NCBI GenBank assembly: GCA_963730095.1
Contig: CAVSQJ010000002.1
Location: forward strand, 907,427-971,426
Reading direction: 5' to 3'
Source of the DNA: an uncultured Acidobacteriota bacterium
Lineage (GTDB): Bacteria; Acidobacteriota; Vicinamibacteria; Vicinamibacterales; SCN-69-37
DNA: 64,000 nt
The notes under the pieces are model-generated. The model made no database searches, was not told the origin of the DNA, and saw only the letters and a list, made by a program, of their open reading frames with translations. Both the position numbers and the translations under genes were made by a program. Of this stretch, positions 51,470-60,742 are shown in pieces; position 1 is the stretch's first letter; every line of letters begins with the position of its first letter.

Positions 51470-52594
51470 ATGGACAGGATTGTGCTCGCGTACTCGGGAG
51501 GCCTCGACACGACGGTCGCCATCCCGTGGCTCGCGGAGAAGTACCGGGCCGAGGTGGTCGCGGTGACGATGGACCTCGGGCCCGGCCGAGTGCTCGACGA
51601 CGTTCGGGAGCGCGCGCTGGCGACCGGCGCGGTACGCGCGCACGTGCTCGATCTGCGCGAGGAGTTCGCGCGCGACTTCGTGCTGCCCGCGCTGCAGGCC
51701 GGCGCGATCTACGAAGGCCGCTATCCGCTGTCGACCGCGCTCAGCCGGCCGCTCATCGCGAAACATCTGCTCGAGATCGCGCGCATCGAGGGCGCGAAGG
51801 CGATCGCGCACGGCGGATCGGGCCGCGGCGATCACGAGGTGCGCCTCGAGGTCGCGGCGCGTGCGCTCGATCCGTTGTACGACGTGATCGCGCCGGCCCG
51901 CGTGTGGGGCATGACGAGGACGCAGCAAATCGAGTACGCGCGCGGCCGCGGCATCCCGCTGCCGCCGAGCATCGAGAGTCCGTATCGCGTCGATACGAAT
52001 CTCTGGGGCCGGTCGATCGAGTACGGCGCGCTCGAGGATCCCTGGCAGGAACCGCCCGAGGAGATCTACTCGCTGACCAAGTCGCCCGGCGAAGCGCCGA
52101 ATCGACCCGCGTACGTCGAGATCGAATTCGACCGCGGCGTGCCGATGGCGATCAACGGCGTCGCGATGCCGCTCCTCGAGCTCATCGAGAGCCTCGAGAC
52201 GATCGCCGGCGCGCACGCGATCGGCCGCGTCGACATGGTCGAGAACCGTCGCGTCGGCGTCAAGTCGCGCGAGATCTACGAGGCGCCGGCCGCGATCGCG
52301 CTGCACGCGGCGCACAAGGAGCTGCAGTCGTTCGTCGTGCCGCGCGATCTCGAGCGGCTGACCTCGGAGCTCGGCGTCAAGTACGCCGACCTCGTCTACA
52401 ACGGCCAGTGGTACTCGCCGACGCGCGAGGCGATCGACGCGTTCGCCGGCAAGGTCGAACAGAAAGTCAGCGGCACGATTCGGCTCAAGTTCTTCAAGGG
52501 CGACTGTCGTGTCGTCGGCCGCTCGTCGCCGTTCGCGCTCTACGATCGAGACGACGACCAGGCGCGCGTCGGCAGCTCGCCGGCAGGGGCCTGA
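51470..52594 (+). CDS. argG: argininosuccinate synthase (divergent motif, short C-terminus)
   Basis: IVLAYSGGLDTTVAI; the HGGSGRGDHEVRLE region; ends ...ALYDRDDDQARVGSSPAGA*. Confidence 0.85.
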   Translation: MDRIVLAYSGGLDTTVAIPWLAEKYRAEVVAVTMDLGPGRVLDDVRERALATGAVRAHVLDLREEFARDFVLPALQAGAIYEGRYPLSTALSRPLIAKHLLEIARIEGAKAIAHGGSGRGDHEVRLEVAARALDPLYDVIAPARVWGMTRTQQIEYARGRGIPLPPSIESPYRVDTNLWGRSIEYGALEDPWQEPPEEIYSLTKSPGEAPNRPAYVEIEFDRGVPMAINGVAMPLLELIESLETIAGAHAIGRVDMVENRRVGVKSREIYEAPAAIALHAAHKELQSFVVPRDLERLTSELGVKYADLVYNGQWYSPTREAIDAFAGKVEQKVSGTIRLKFFKGDCRVVGRSSPFALYDRDDDQARVGSSPAGA

Positions 52595-52596
52595 TC

Positions 52597-54002
52597 GTGG
52601 CCGAGCGCACGCCTCCCGCGCCGCTGTGGTCCGGCCGGTTCGCCGCTGAGCCGGACAAGGACGTCTTCGACTACGGCAAGTCGCTCTCGGTCGATCGCCG
52701 GCTCGTCGAGGACGACATCGCGGGCAGCCAGGCCTGGGCCGAGGCGCTCGGCAAGGCCGGCGTGCTCCAGGCCGCCGACGTTTCCGCGATCGTGCGCGGG
52801 CTCGATGACGTGCGCGCGGCCGTGATCGCCGATCCGTCGCGCCTCGCGAACGCCGCCGACGAGGACGTGCACTCGTTCGTCGAGCGCGAGCTGGTCGAGC
52901 GCATCGGCGACGCCGGGCGCCGGCTGCACACCGGGCGATCGCGCAACGAGCAGGTCTCGGTCGACACACGACGCTACCTGATGCGCCGGATTCCGCGCGC
53001 CGCGGCCGCGGTCGCCGATCTCGTCAGTGCCCTCGCCGATCAGGCCGAGCGCGCGAAGAACGCCGTCATGCCGTCGTACACGCACATGCGCCGCGCGCAG
53101 CCGATTCTCGTCGGCGCACCTCTGGCTCGCGCACGCGGCGGCGTTCCGGCGAGACGCCCATCGTCTCGAGACGGCGCGCGACGAGGCCGACCTGATGCCG
53201 CTCGGCTCGGGCGCGATCGCCGGTACGGCGTACTCGATCGACGTCGAGTTTCTCGCGAAGCGCCTCGGCTTCTCGCGCGTCACCGCCAACAGCCTCGACA
53301 CGTCAGGCGATCGCGACTTCGTGGCGACGTTCCTCTACGCGTGCGCGATGACGATGGTGCACCTCAGCCGACTGGCCGAGGACGTGATTCTGCTCTCGAG
53401 CGAGGAGTTCGGCTTCTTCGAGATTCGACGATTCGGTCGCGACCGGGTCGAGCCTCATGCCGCAGAAAAAGAATCCCGATCCACTCGAGCTCGTTCGCGG
53501 CAAGGCGGGGAAGGCGATCGGCATGCTGACCGGCTGGCTCGCGACGATGAAGGGGCTGGCGCACGGGTACAACAAGGATCTGCAGGAAGACAAGGCGACG
53601 CTGTTCGATGCGGAGGACACGGTGCTCGGATGCGTGCAGACGACCGCGACCGTCGTGCGCACGCTCGGGCTTCGCGCCGACGTGGCGCGCAAGGCGGCGT
53701 CCGGCCTGCTGCTGGCGACCGAGGTCGCCGACTACCTCGTCGGCCGCGGCGTGCCGTTCCGCACCGCTCACGAAATCACCGGCCGCATCGTCCGCGACCT
53801 GTACGAGACAGGCCGCGATTTCAGCGCGCTCGCGCTCGAGGACTGGCGGCGGTACGACGAGCGATTCGAGGCCGGCGTGTTTCAGGCGATCACGCCAGAA
53901 GCCGCGGTCAATGCGCGTCGCACGCCGCAGTCGACGAACCCGGCCGCGGTGGCCGCGCAGCTCGCCGAGCTGCGCGCCTGGCTTGGCGGACGCCGTCCGT
54001 AG
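52597..54002 (+). pseudogene. argH: argininosuccinate lyase, two frame breaks (~53113-53117, ~53420-53427)
   Basis: GTG at 52597: VAERTPPAPLWSGRF...SYTHMRRAQPILVG | HLWLAHAAAFRRDAHRLE...LSSEEFGFFEI | DDSVATGSSLMPQKKNPDPLELVRGK... (lyase signature intact). Confidence 0.85.
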
Positions 54003-54081
54003 CCGGCGCTTTCGTCCCGCGCTGCAGCCTGCCATACTCCCCCAGACCCCAGCGTCCGCGAACCCGCGAAAGGAGCCGGCG

Positions 54082-54534
54082 ATGGCCGCTGCCCACTCGG
54101 ACGACATCCTGCTCGGTCAGGTGCGGACGAAACGCGCCGAGGTCGAGCGGTTTCTCTCTCGCGCGCTTCCACAGCGGCGCCGATTGCTCAACACCACGAT
54201 TCTGGGCGGGACCGTGGCGGCCGCGCTCACCGCCGCCCCGGCGGTCGGCGGGCAGGCCTTCACCAAATGGCTGGCCGCGGCGTTCAGCCTCACGTCGCCA
54301 GCATGGCAGCTTCTCTGCGGCGCGGCCACGGTGTCGTCGATCGCCGCAACGGTCGCGACGCAGGTGCTGAAATCGAACAACGTCGACGAGCACGTCGCGC
54401 GCGCGCAGACTTGCCGCGCGCGGCTCGAGGTGCTCGACGTCGGGCTCAGCACCGGACGGCTCGAGCCCGCGCAAGCCGCGACCGAGTACATGAAGTGCGT
54501 CGAGGACGTCGCGTTCATCGAGCGGCGGCCGTAG
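54082..54534 (+). CDS. hypothetical 2-TM protein, SLATT/DUF4231-like layout
   Basis: ATG at 54082 after AAAGGAG. N-terminal helix (DDILLGQVRTKRAEVERFLSRA), TM1 LLNTTILGGTVAAALTAAPAV, TM2 WQLLCGAATVSSIAATVATQVL, C-terminal amphipathic helix. The family call comes from topology only. Confidence 0.55.
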   Translation: MAAAHSDDILLGQVRTKRAEVERFLSRALPQRRRLLNTTILGGTVAAALTAAPAVGGQAFTKWLAAAFSLTSPAWQLLCGAATVSSIAATVATQVLKSNNVDEHVARAQTCRARLEVLDVGLSTGRLEPAQAATEYMKCVEDVAFIERRP

Positions 54535-54643
54535 GGCGCCTTGCCGGCCGGGCGCGTCCGTTTCCGTCACCGCTCGACCCGCGCAGCCACGCGGCGCTCG
54601 CGCACGTATAATCCTTCACACTCTCGCACCCAGGAGGCAAGGC

Positions 54644-55997
54644 ATGTCGCATTTGGACCGGAGGCTCGCGCCGGTCGTGCTCGCCGCCCTCGCCGCCGTG
54701 ACGACGGTCACGGCGTCGACGCCGCGCGTGGCATTCACCGACACGAAACTCAAGAACGGACTGCGCGTCATCATCGCGGAAGATCACAACGCGCCCGTGT
54801 TTTCCGTGGCCGTCAACTACAACGTCGGGTCGCGCGACGAGCGGAAGGGCCGCACCGGCTTCGCGCATCTCTTCGAGCACATGATGTTCAAGGGCTCGGA
54901 GCAGGTCGGCCCGGGCGAGCACTTCACGCTGATCTTCAACAACGGCGGCAGCATGAACGGCACGACGAACGAAGATCGCACGCTGTACTACGACACGCTG
55001 CCGGCCAACCAGCTCGACCTGGCGCTGTTCCTCGAGGCCGACCGCATGTGGTCGCTCGACATCACCAAGGACAACCTCGACAACCAGCGCAACGCCGTGC
55101 AGGAAGAGCGCCGGCTTGGCGTCGACAACCAGCCGTACGGCAAGTCGTTCGAAGCCGTCAACCAGCAGGCGTACAGCAACTTCGCGTACGCCGCACTCGG
55201 TCATCGGATCGATGGACGACCTCAATGCCGCCGACGTGTCGGACGTGACAGCGTTCTTCAAGATGTACTACGCGCCGAACAACGCGGTGCTCTCGATCGT
55301 CGGCGACGTGAAGACCGCTGACTGCCTGGACAAGATCCACACGTACTTCGACAAGATTCCCTCGCAGCCGGCGCCGCCGGTCGTCGACATGGCCGAGCCG
55401 GCGCAGACTGCCGAGCGCCGGATGACGCTCGACGACGCGCTCGCGCGCACGTCGCGTATCGATATCGTGTGGCACACGCCGGCCGGCAACACACCGGATG
55501 ACGATGCGCTCGACGTGCTCTCGACGATCCTCAGCGGCGGCCGCAGCTCGCGGCTGTACGACAGCCTCGTGCGCGATCGGCAGCTCACCTCCGGCGTCTT
55601 CGCCGGGCAGTCGAGCATGCGCGGGCCGAGCTTGTTCCAGATCGGGGGCACCGTGCTCGTCGGCAAGTCGGTCGCCGATCTCGAGAGCGGCATCTACGCG
55701 GAGATCGAGAAGGTGAAGACGGGCCCGATCGCCGACTGGGAGATCGAGAAAGCGCGCAACACGCAGAAGCGCAACTACGTCTCCGGGCTCGGCAGCTCGC
55801 TGCAGCGCGCGGTGCTGCTCGGCGAGTACGCGCTGTTCTGGAACGATCCGAACCTGATCAACACGCGCGCCGATCGGATCAGCAAGGTCACGATCGCCGA
55901 CGTTCAGCGCGTCGCCCGCCAGTACCTGACGCAGCCGAACCGCTCGGTCGTGATCACCAACCCGAAACCGGCCGCGAGCGGCCAGGGAGGCCGGTAA
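54644..55997 (+). pseudogene. M16-family zinc peptidase (catalytic subunit, HxxEH), one frame break at ~55188-55195
   Basis: Signal peptide; GFAHLFEHMMFKGS; ...QQAYSNFAYA | HSVIGSMDDLNAADVSDVTAFFKMYYAPNNAV... Confidence 0.85.
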
Positions 55998-57478
55998 TGA
56001 CCACGCGCAAACCCGCCGCCGTGCTCGCCGCCCTGCTCACTGCCGGAGCCGTGCTGTCGGCTGATCGCCAGGCCGCGCCGCCCGCGCAGCAGAGCGGCAG
56101 CAAGGCCGTCGTGCTCAAAGGCCGCGCGCCCGTGTCGACGACCCTGCTCAAGGTCAATCTGCCACGCCCGGCGGAAGTGGACCTGCCAAACGGGCTGCAT
56201 CTGATGGTGCTCGAGGATCACCGGCTGCCGCAGGTGACGTTCCAGCTGATCATCCGCGGCGCCGGCGGGTACTACGATCCCGCCGACACGCCGGGCCTCG
56301 CGTCGATGACCGCGACGATGATGCGCGAGGGCACGGCCACGAAGACGACGCAGCAGATCTCCGAAGCGCTCGAGACGATGGCCGCCTCGGTCGGCGTCGG
56401 CGCCGGCCTGTCGTCGTCGACCGCGTCGGTCACCGGCTCGAGCCTGACGGAGAACTTCGACGCCACGTTCGGTCTGGCCACCGAGATTCTGCTCGCGCCG
56501 ACCTTTCCCCAGGAGGAGTTCGATCGCTACAAGACGCGCACGCGAAGCGCGCTCACGCAGCAGCGCACGAGCCCGGGCTTTCTTGCCAACGAGATGTTCT
56601 CGCACGTCGTCTACGGCGACCATCCGGCGGCGCGCGCGTCGCTGACGGCCGACGCGCTCGACAAGACGACCCGCGACGCGCTCGTCGCCTTCCACCACGC
56701 GCACTACGTGCCCGACTACGCGGTGCTGGCGATCGCCGGCGACCTGTCGATGGCCGACGCGCGCAAGCTCGTCGATGCGAAACTCGGCGCGTGGAAGAAG
56801 GCGGGCGTGCCCGATCCCACGGTTGCCGATCCTCCGGCGATTGGGCCCGCGAAGGTCCTCTTCATCGCCCGGCCGAACTCGGTGCAGTCGAGCCTGTTGG
56901 TCGGCACGCAGGCCATCTCGCGTACGAGTCCGGACTACGACGTCGTCTCGGTGATGAACGCGGTCATCGGCGGCGGCCCGACCGGGCGGCTCTTCACGGA
57001 CCTGCGCGAGGAGAAGGGCTACACGTACGGGGCGTACAGCAGCGTCTCGGCGCCGCAGTACCGCGGCGCGTGGAGCGCCTCGATGGACGTGCGGACGGAG
57101 GTGACCGAGCCGGCGCTGCGGGATCTGATGGCCGAGATCGCGCGCATGCGCGACGAGGCCGTGCCGGAGAAGGAATTCCAGGACAAGAAACGCGGCGTCG
57201 TCGCGGCCTTCGCGCTGCAGCTGGAATCCGTGAGCGCGGTGCTGAACAACTACATCACGAGCCGCCTCTACCATCTGCCGGCCGACTACTGGGAGCGGCT
57301 GCCCGAGCGCATCGACGCCGTAACGCAGGCGCAAGTGCAGGCCGCGGCGAAAAAGTACCTCGATCCCTCCCGTTTGCAGATCGTCGTCGTCGGCGAGCCG
57401 TCGAAAGTGGCGGACAGCCTGAAGCAGTTCGGGACGGTCGAAACGTACGACGTCAACGGGAAGCGCATCGGCCGGTAG
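55997..57478 (+). CDS. M16-family peptidase-like subunit lacking HxxEH (non-catalytic partner)
   Basis: ATG overlaps the upstream TAA by 1 nt (TAATG). GLASMTATMMREGT sits where the zinc motif would be. Confidence 0.85.
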   Translation: MTTRKPAAVLAALLTAGAVLSADRQAAPPAQQSGSKAVVLKGRAPVSTTLLKVNLPRPAEVDLPNGLHLMVLEDHRLPQVTFQLIIRGAGGYYDPADTPGLASMTATMMREGTATKTTQQISEALETMAASVGVGAGLSSSTASVTGSSLTENFDATFGLATEILLAPTFPQEEFDRYKTRTRSALTQQRTSPGFLANEMFSHVVYGDHPAARASLTADALDKTTRDALVAFHHAHYVPDYAVLAIAGDLSMADARKLVDAKLGAWKKAGVPDPTVADPPAIGPAKVLFIARPNSVQSSLLVGTQAISRTSPDYDVVSVMNAVIGGGPTGRLFTDLREEKGYTYGAYSSVSAPQYRGAWSASMDVRTEVTEPALRDLMAEIARMRDEAVPEKEFQDKKRGVVAAFALQLESVSAVLNNYITSRLYHLPADYWERLPERIDAVTQAQVQAAAKKYLDPSRLQIVVVGEPSKVADSLKQFGTVETYDVNGKRIGR

Positions 57479-57493
57479 GCGCCGAGCGCGTGC

Positions 57494-59104
57494 TTACTTC
57501 AGCGCCGCCGTCGGCAGCAGGCGCGGCGGCGCTCTGTGCTTCGTTCCCTGTTCGTACGCGTAGGCGAGCTTGATCAGCGTCGGCTCGCTCCACGCGCGGC
57601 CGATGAACGAGAGGCCGACCGGCAGCCCGAACGCCTGGCCGGCCGGCACCGTGATGTGCGGGTAGCCGGCGACGGCGGCGATCGTCGACGCCGAGTTGCT
57701 GGAGGCGTCGCCGTTCACGAGATCGATCAGCCACGGCCGGTCCGCCCGTCGGCGCGATGAGCGCGTCGAGCTGGAGCGTGTCCATCACGGCGTCGATGCC
57801 TTCCTTCTGCGACAGCCGGTGATCCTTCTCGAGCGCGGCGAGGTAGGCCTTCTCGGTGAGCGGGCCCTTCTCCTGGGCGCGCAGCAGCAGCTCCTGACCG
57901 AAGTACGGCATCTCGGTGTCGCGATGCGCGCTCGTTGAAGGCGATCACGTCCTTGAGCGAGTGCACGGGGGCGGCCGGCCCGAGCGCCGCGAGGTACTTG
58001 TTCAGGTCCGCCTTGAACTCGTAGAGCAGGACGTCGAGCTCGGTGTCGTCGAACTGGCCGATCGTCGGCACGTTCGCGGGATCGACGATGACGGCGCCGA
58101 GGCGCTTGAGATCGGCGATCGCCGTCTCCATGATCGCGTCTGCCGGCGGGCTGTAGCCCATGAGCTTCTGGCGGACCACGCCGATGCGGGCGCCGGCGAG
58201 GCCGTGCGCGTCGAGGCTGACGTGTAGTCGCGCGCGCGTTTCGCGTCGCTCTCGCGCGTGGCCTCGTCCGTCGGATCCGCGCCGCCGATCGCCGCGAGCA
58301 CGGTCGCCGCGTCAGCGACCGTGCGCGCCATCGGGCCCGCGGTGTCCTGGCTGTGCGCGATCGGGACGATGCCCGCTCGGCTGACGAGCCCGAGCGTCGG
58401 CTTGATGCCGACGAGGCCGTTGCTCGTCGCGGGCGAGACGATCGACCCGTCGGTCTCGGTGCCGATCGCGACGGCGCAGAGATTCGCCGAGGCCGCGGCG
58501 CCCGATCCCGAGCTCGAGCCCGACGGGTTGCGATCGAGCGCGTACGGATTGTGCGTCTGCCCGCCGCGTCCGCTCCAGCCGCTCGACGAGTGCGTCGAGC
58601 GGAAGTTCGCCCACTCGCTCAGGTTCGTCTTGCCGAGGATCACCGCGCCGGCCTCGCGCAGCCGCGCGACGAGAAACGCGTCGACCGGCGGCACCGACCC
58701 CTGCGAGCGCGAGCGAGCCGGCGGTCGTCTGCATGCGGTCGTGCGGTCGCGATGTTGTCCTTGATCAGGACCGGGATGCCGTGCAGCGGGCCTCGCGGGC
58801 CCTTCGTCTTGCGTTCGAGGTCGAGCGCGTCGGCGATGGCGAGCGCGTCCGGATTGATCTCGATCACGCTGTGCAGGCCGGGCCCGTGGCGATCGATGGC
58901 GTCGATTCGGGCGAGGTACTTCTCGGCGATCGACCGCGCCGTGTCCTGGCCCTTCTGCATGCGCTCCTGGAGCGACGCGATTGTGGCTTCCTCGAGATCG
59001 AACACCGGCGCCGGCGGCACCTCTGGCGCCGGGCGGCTGCACGCCGCGATCGCCGCGCCGGCCACCGCGCACGCCAAAACCGTCAGAATCCGAAATACGC
59101 GCAT
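57494..59104 (-). pseudogene. secreted amidase (amidase-signature family), five frame breaks (~58738-58746, ~58696-58703, ~58217-58224, ~57927-57934, ~57730-57738)
   Basis: ATG at 59104: [22 protein letters not shown]... [13 protein letters not shown] | [14 protein letters not shown] | [32 protein letters not shown]...[31 protein letters not shown]...ARDYT | [17 protein letters not shown]...VIAFNER | HRDTEMPYFGQELL...IAPTGGPA | WLIDLVNGD... Confidence 0.85.
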
Positions 59105-59227
59105 CCGATCGCCTCCGTGACCTATCGTAAACGCGCTTGCGTTCGTCTCGCGCATGGCGTATCTAATTCCTCTCCCCACGACAAATCAGGCCGCGCTGTG
59201 TACCGCGCGTCGCCGTTTGGAGGGTCT

Positions 59228-60730
59228 ATGCCGAAGCGCTCGCTGATCCTGGCTGGCGGAGGGCTGAAAGTCGGGTTCCAGGCCGGCGTCCTGCAAGTCT
59301 GGCTCGATGAAGCTGGCCTCTCGTTCGATCACGCCGACGGCGCGAGCGGCGGCACCTTCAACCTGGCGATGTACTGCCAGGGGATGTCAGGCAAACAGAT
59401 CGCCGACAACTGGCGCAACTACGATCCGTTTCTGTCGGCCGCGCCCAACTTTGCCGGGCCAGGCGAGTTCGCGCATCAGCAGTCCTTCTTCACGCTCGAC
59501 GCGATGCGCCAGACCGTGTTTCCGAAGTGGGGCCTCGACTGGAACAAGATCCGCGCCGGCAAGCTCGGCACGTTCAATCTGTGCAACTTCTCGAAGAAGC
59601 GGCTCGAGGTCACGACCAACGATGCGATGGACGAAGACCGCCTCGTGAGCGCCGTGTCGCTGCCGATGTGGTTTCCGCCCGTCCCGATCAACGGCGACCT
59701 CTACATCGACTCCGTCTACCTCACCGACGCCAACGTCCAGGAAGCGATCCGCCGCGGCGCGGACGAGCTCTGGGCGATCTGGACCGTGAGCACGATCAAC
59801 GACTGGCGCCCGGGCTTCGTCGAGCAGTACTTCCAGATCATCGAGACAGTCGCCGACGGCAACTTCTTCGCGATCTGGAATCGCATCGACCAGAGCAACC
59901 AGGCGATCGCCGCCGGCGGCAAGGGCGAGTTCGGCCGGACGATCGCGCTCAAGCTGATCCAGGCGGAAGTGCCGGTGCACTACCTCTTCAACCTCTCGCG
60001 CGATCGGATGGCCGAGGCCGTGAATCTCGGCGTCGACATGGCGCGGACGTGGTGCCGCGCGCAGGGCATCGCGCTCGGGCCGCCCGTCACGCAGCCGACG
60101 CCCGCCGCGCAGCGCACCAGCCTGCAGTTCAGCGAGCAGATGGACGGCTTCGCCGCGCCCGCGGGTGATTTCCAGGCGGGCTACGACCTCGGCAAGACGC
60201 AGAACAAGACGCTGAGCGTCCAGGTCACGATGCGCACCGAGGACGCCGACGCGCTCATCACCGATCCGAATCACGCGATGGCCGTGACCGGCTTCGCCGA
60301 CTCGCCGTGGCTCGGCGGCCGCGTGCCGGTCGACTCGGGCGAGTTCAATCTGCTCGTGAGCACCGCCGACCCGCGCAAGAAGGAAATGCGGTACCGGCTG
60401 TTCGTGCATCATACGGACGGGACCGAGTGCACGGTCGCCGGCGTCAAGCGCGTGCAGAACGACAACGTGTTCGGCGAACTGTGGGACGACACGACGACGC
60501 TCTACACGTCGATCTATCGGGGGCACGTCACCGCCGCCGACGAGCCGACGGCCGATCAGATCGCGACCGGCATCATCCGCATCGGCTTGTTCGAGTTCAT
60601 GCAGGAGCTCACGACGTTCAAGGTGGACGGGCCGACGCCGGCGGCGCGCCTTTCTGCGCTCACGCGCTTCTCGCAGCTCTTCCTCGGCAAGCTGCTGGAC
60701 GTCTACGGCGGCTTCTTCGTGACCGCCTGA
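59228..60730 (+). CDS. patatin-like phospholipase with ~200-aa C-terminal domain of unknown function
   Basis: LILAGGGLKVGFQAG (oxyanion GGGxxG), GASGG (GxSxG), LYIDSVY (Asp region). Intact single ORF. Confidence 0.85.
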   Translation: MPKRSLILAGGGLKVGFQAGVLQVWLDEAGLSFDHADGASGGTFNLAMYCQGMSGKQIADNWRNYDPFLSAAPNFAGPGEFAHQQSFFTLDAMRQTVFPKWGLDWNKIRAGKLGTFNLCNFSKKRLEVTTNDAMDEDRLVSAVSLPMWFPPVPINGDLYIDSVYLTDANVQEAIRRGADELWAIWTVSTINDWRPGFVEQYFQIIETVADGNFFAIWNRIDQSNQAIAAGGKGEFGRTIALKLIQAEVPVHYLFNLSRDRMAEAVNLGVDMARTWCRAQGIALGPPVTQPTPAAQRTSLQFSEQMDGFAAPAGDFQAGYDLGKTQNKTLSVQVTMRTEDADALITDPNHAMAVTGFADSPWLGGRVPVDSGEFNLLVSTADPRKKEMRYRLFVHHTDGTECTVAGVKRVQNDNVFGELWDDTTTLYTSIYRGHVTAADEPTADQIATGIIRIGLFEFMQELTTFKVDGPTPAARLSALTRFSQLFLGKLLDVYGGFFVTA

Positions 60731-60742
60731 TCGGGAGACGTC

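Noticed and set aside
59228-60730. Patatin gene as a CBASS/CapV-type defence effector
   Set aside because: No CD-NTase, cyclase, E1/E2/JAB or other signalling partner is adjacent. The neighbours are metabolic-type enzymes (GMC oxidase, M20 peptidase, amidase).
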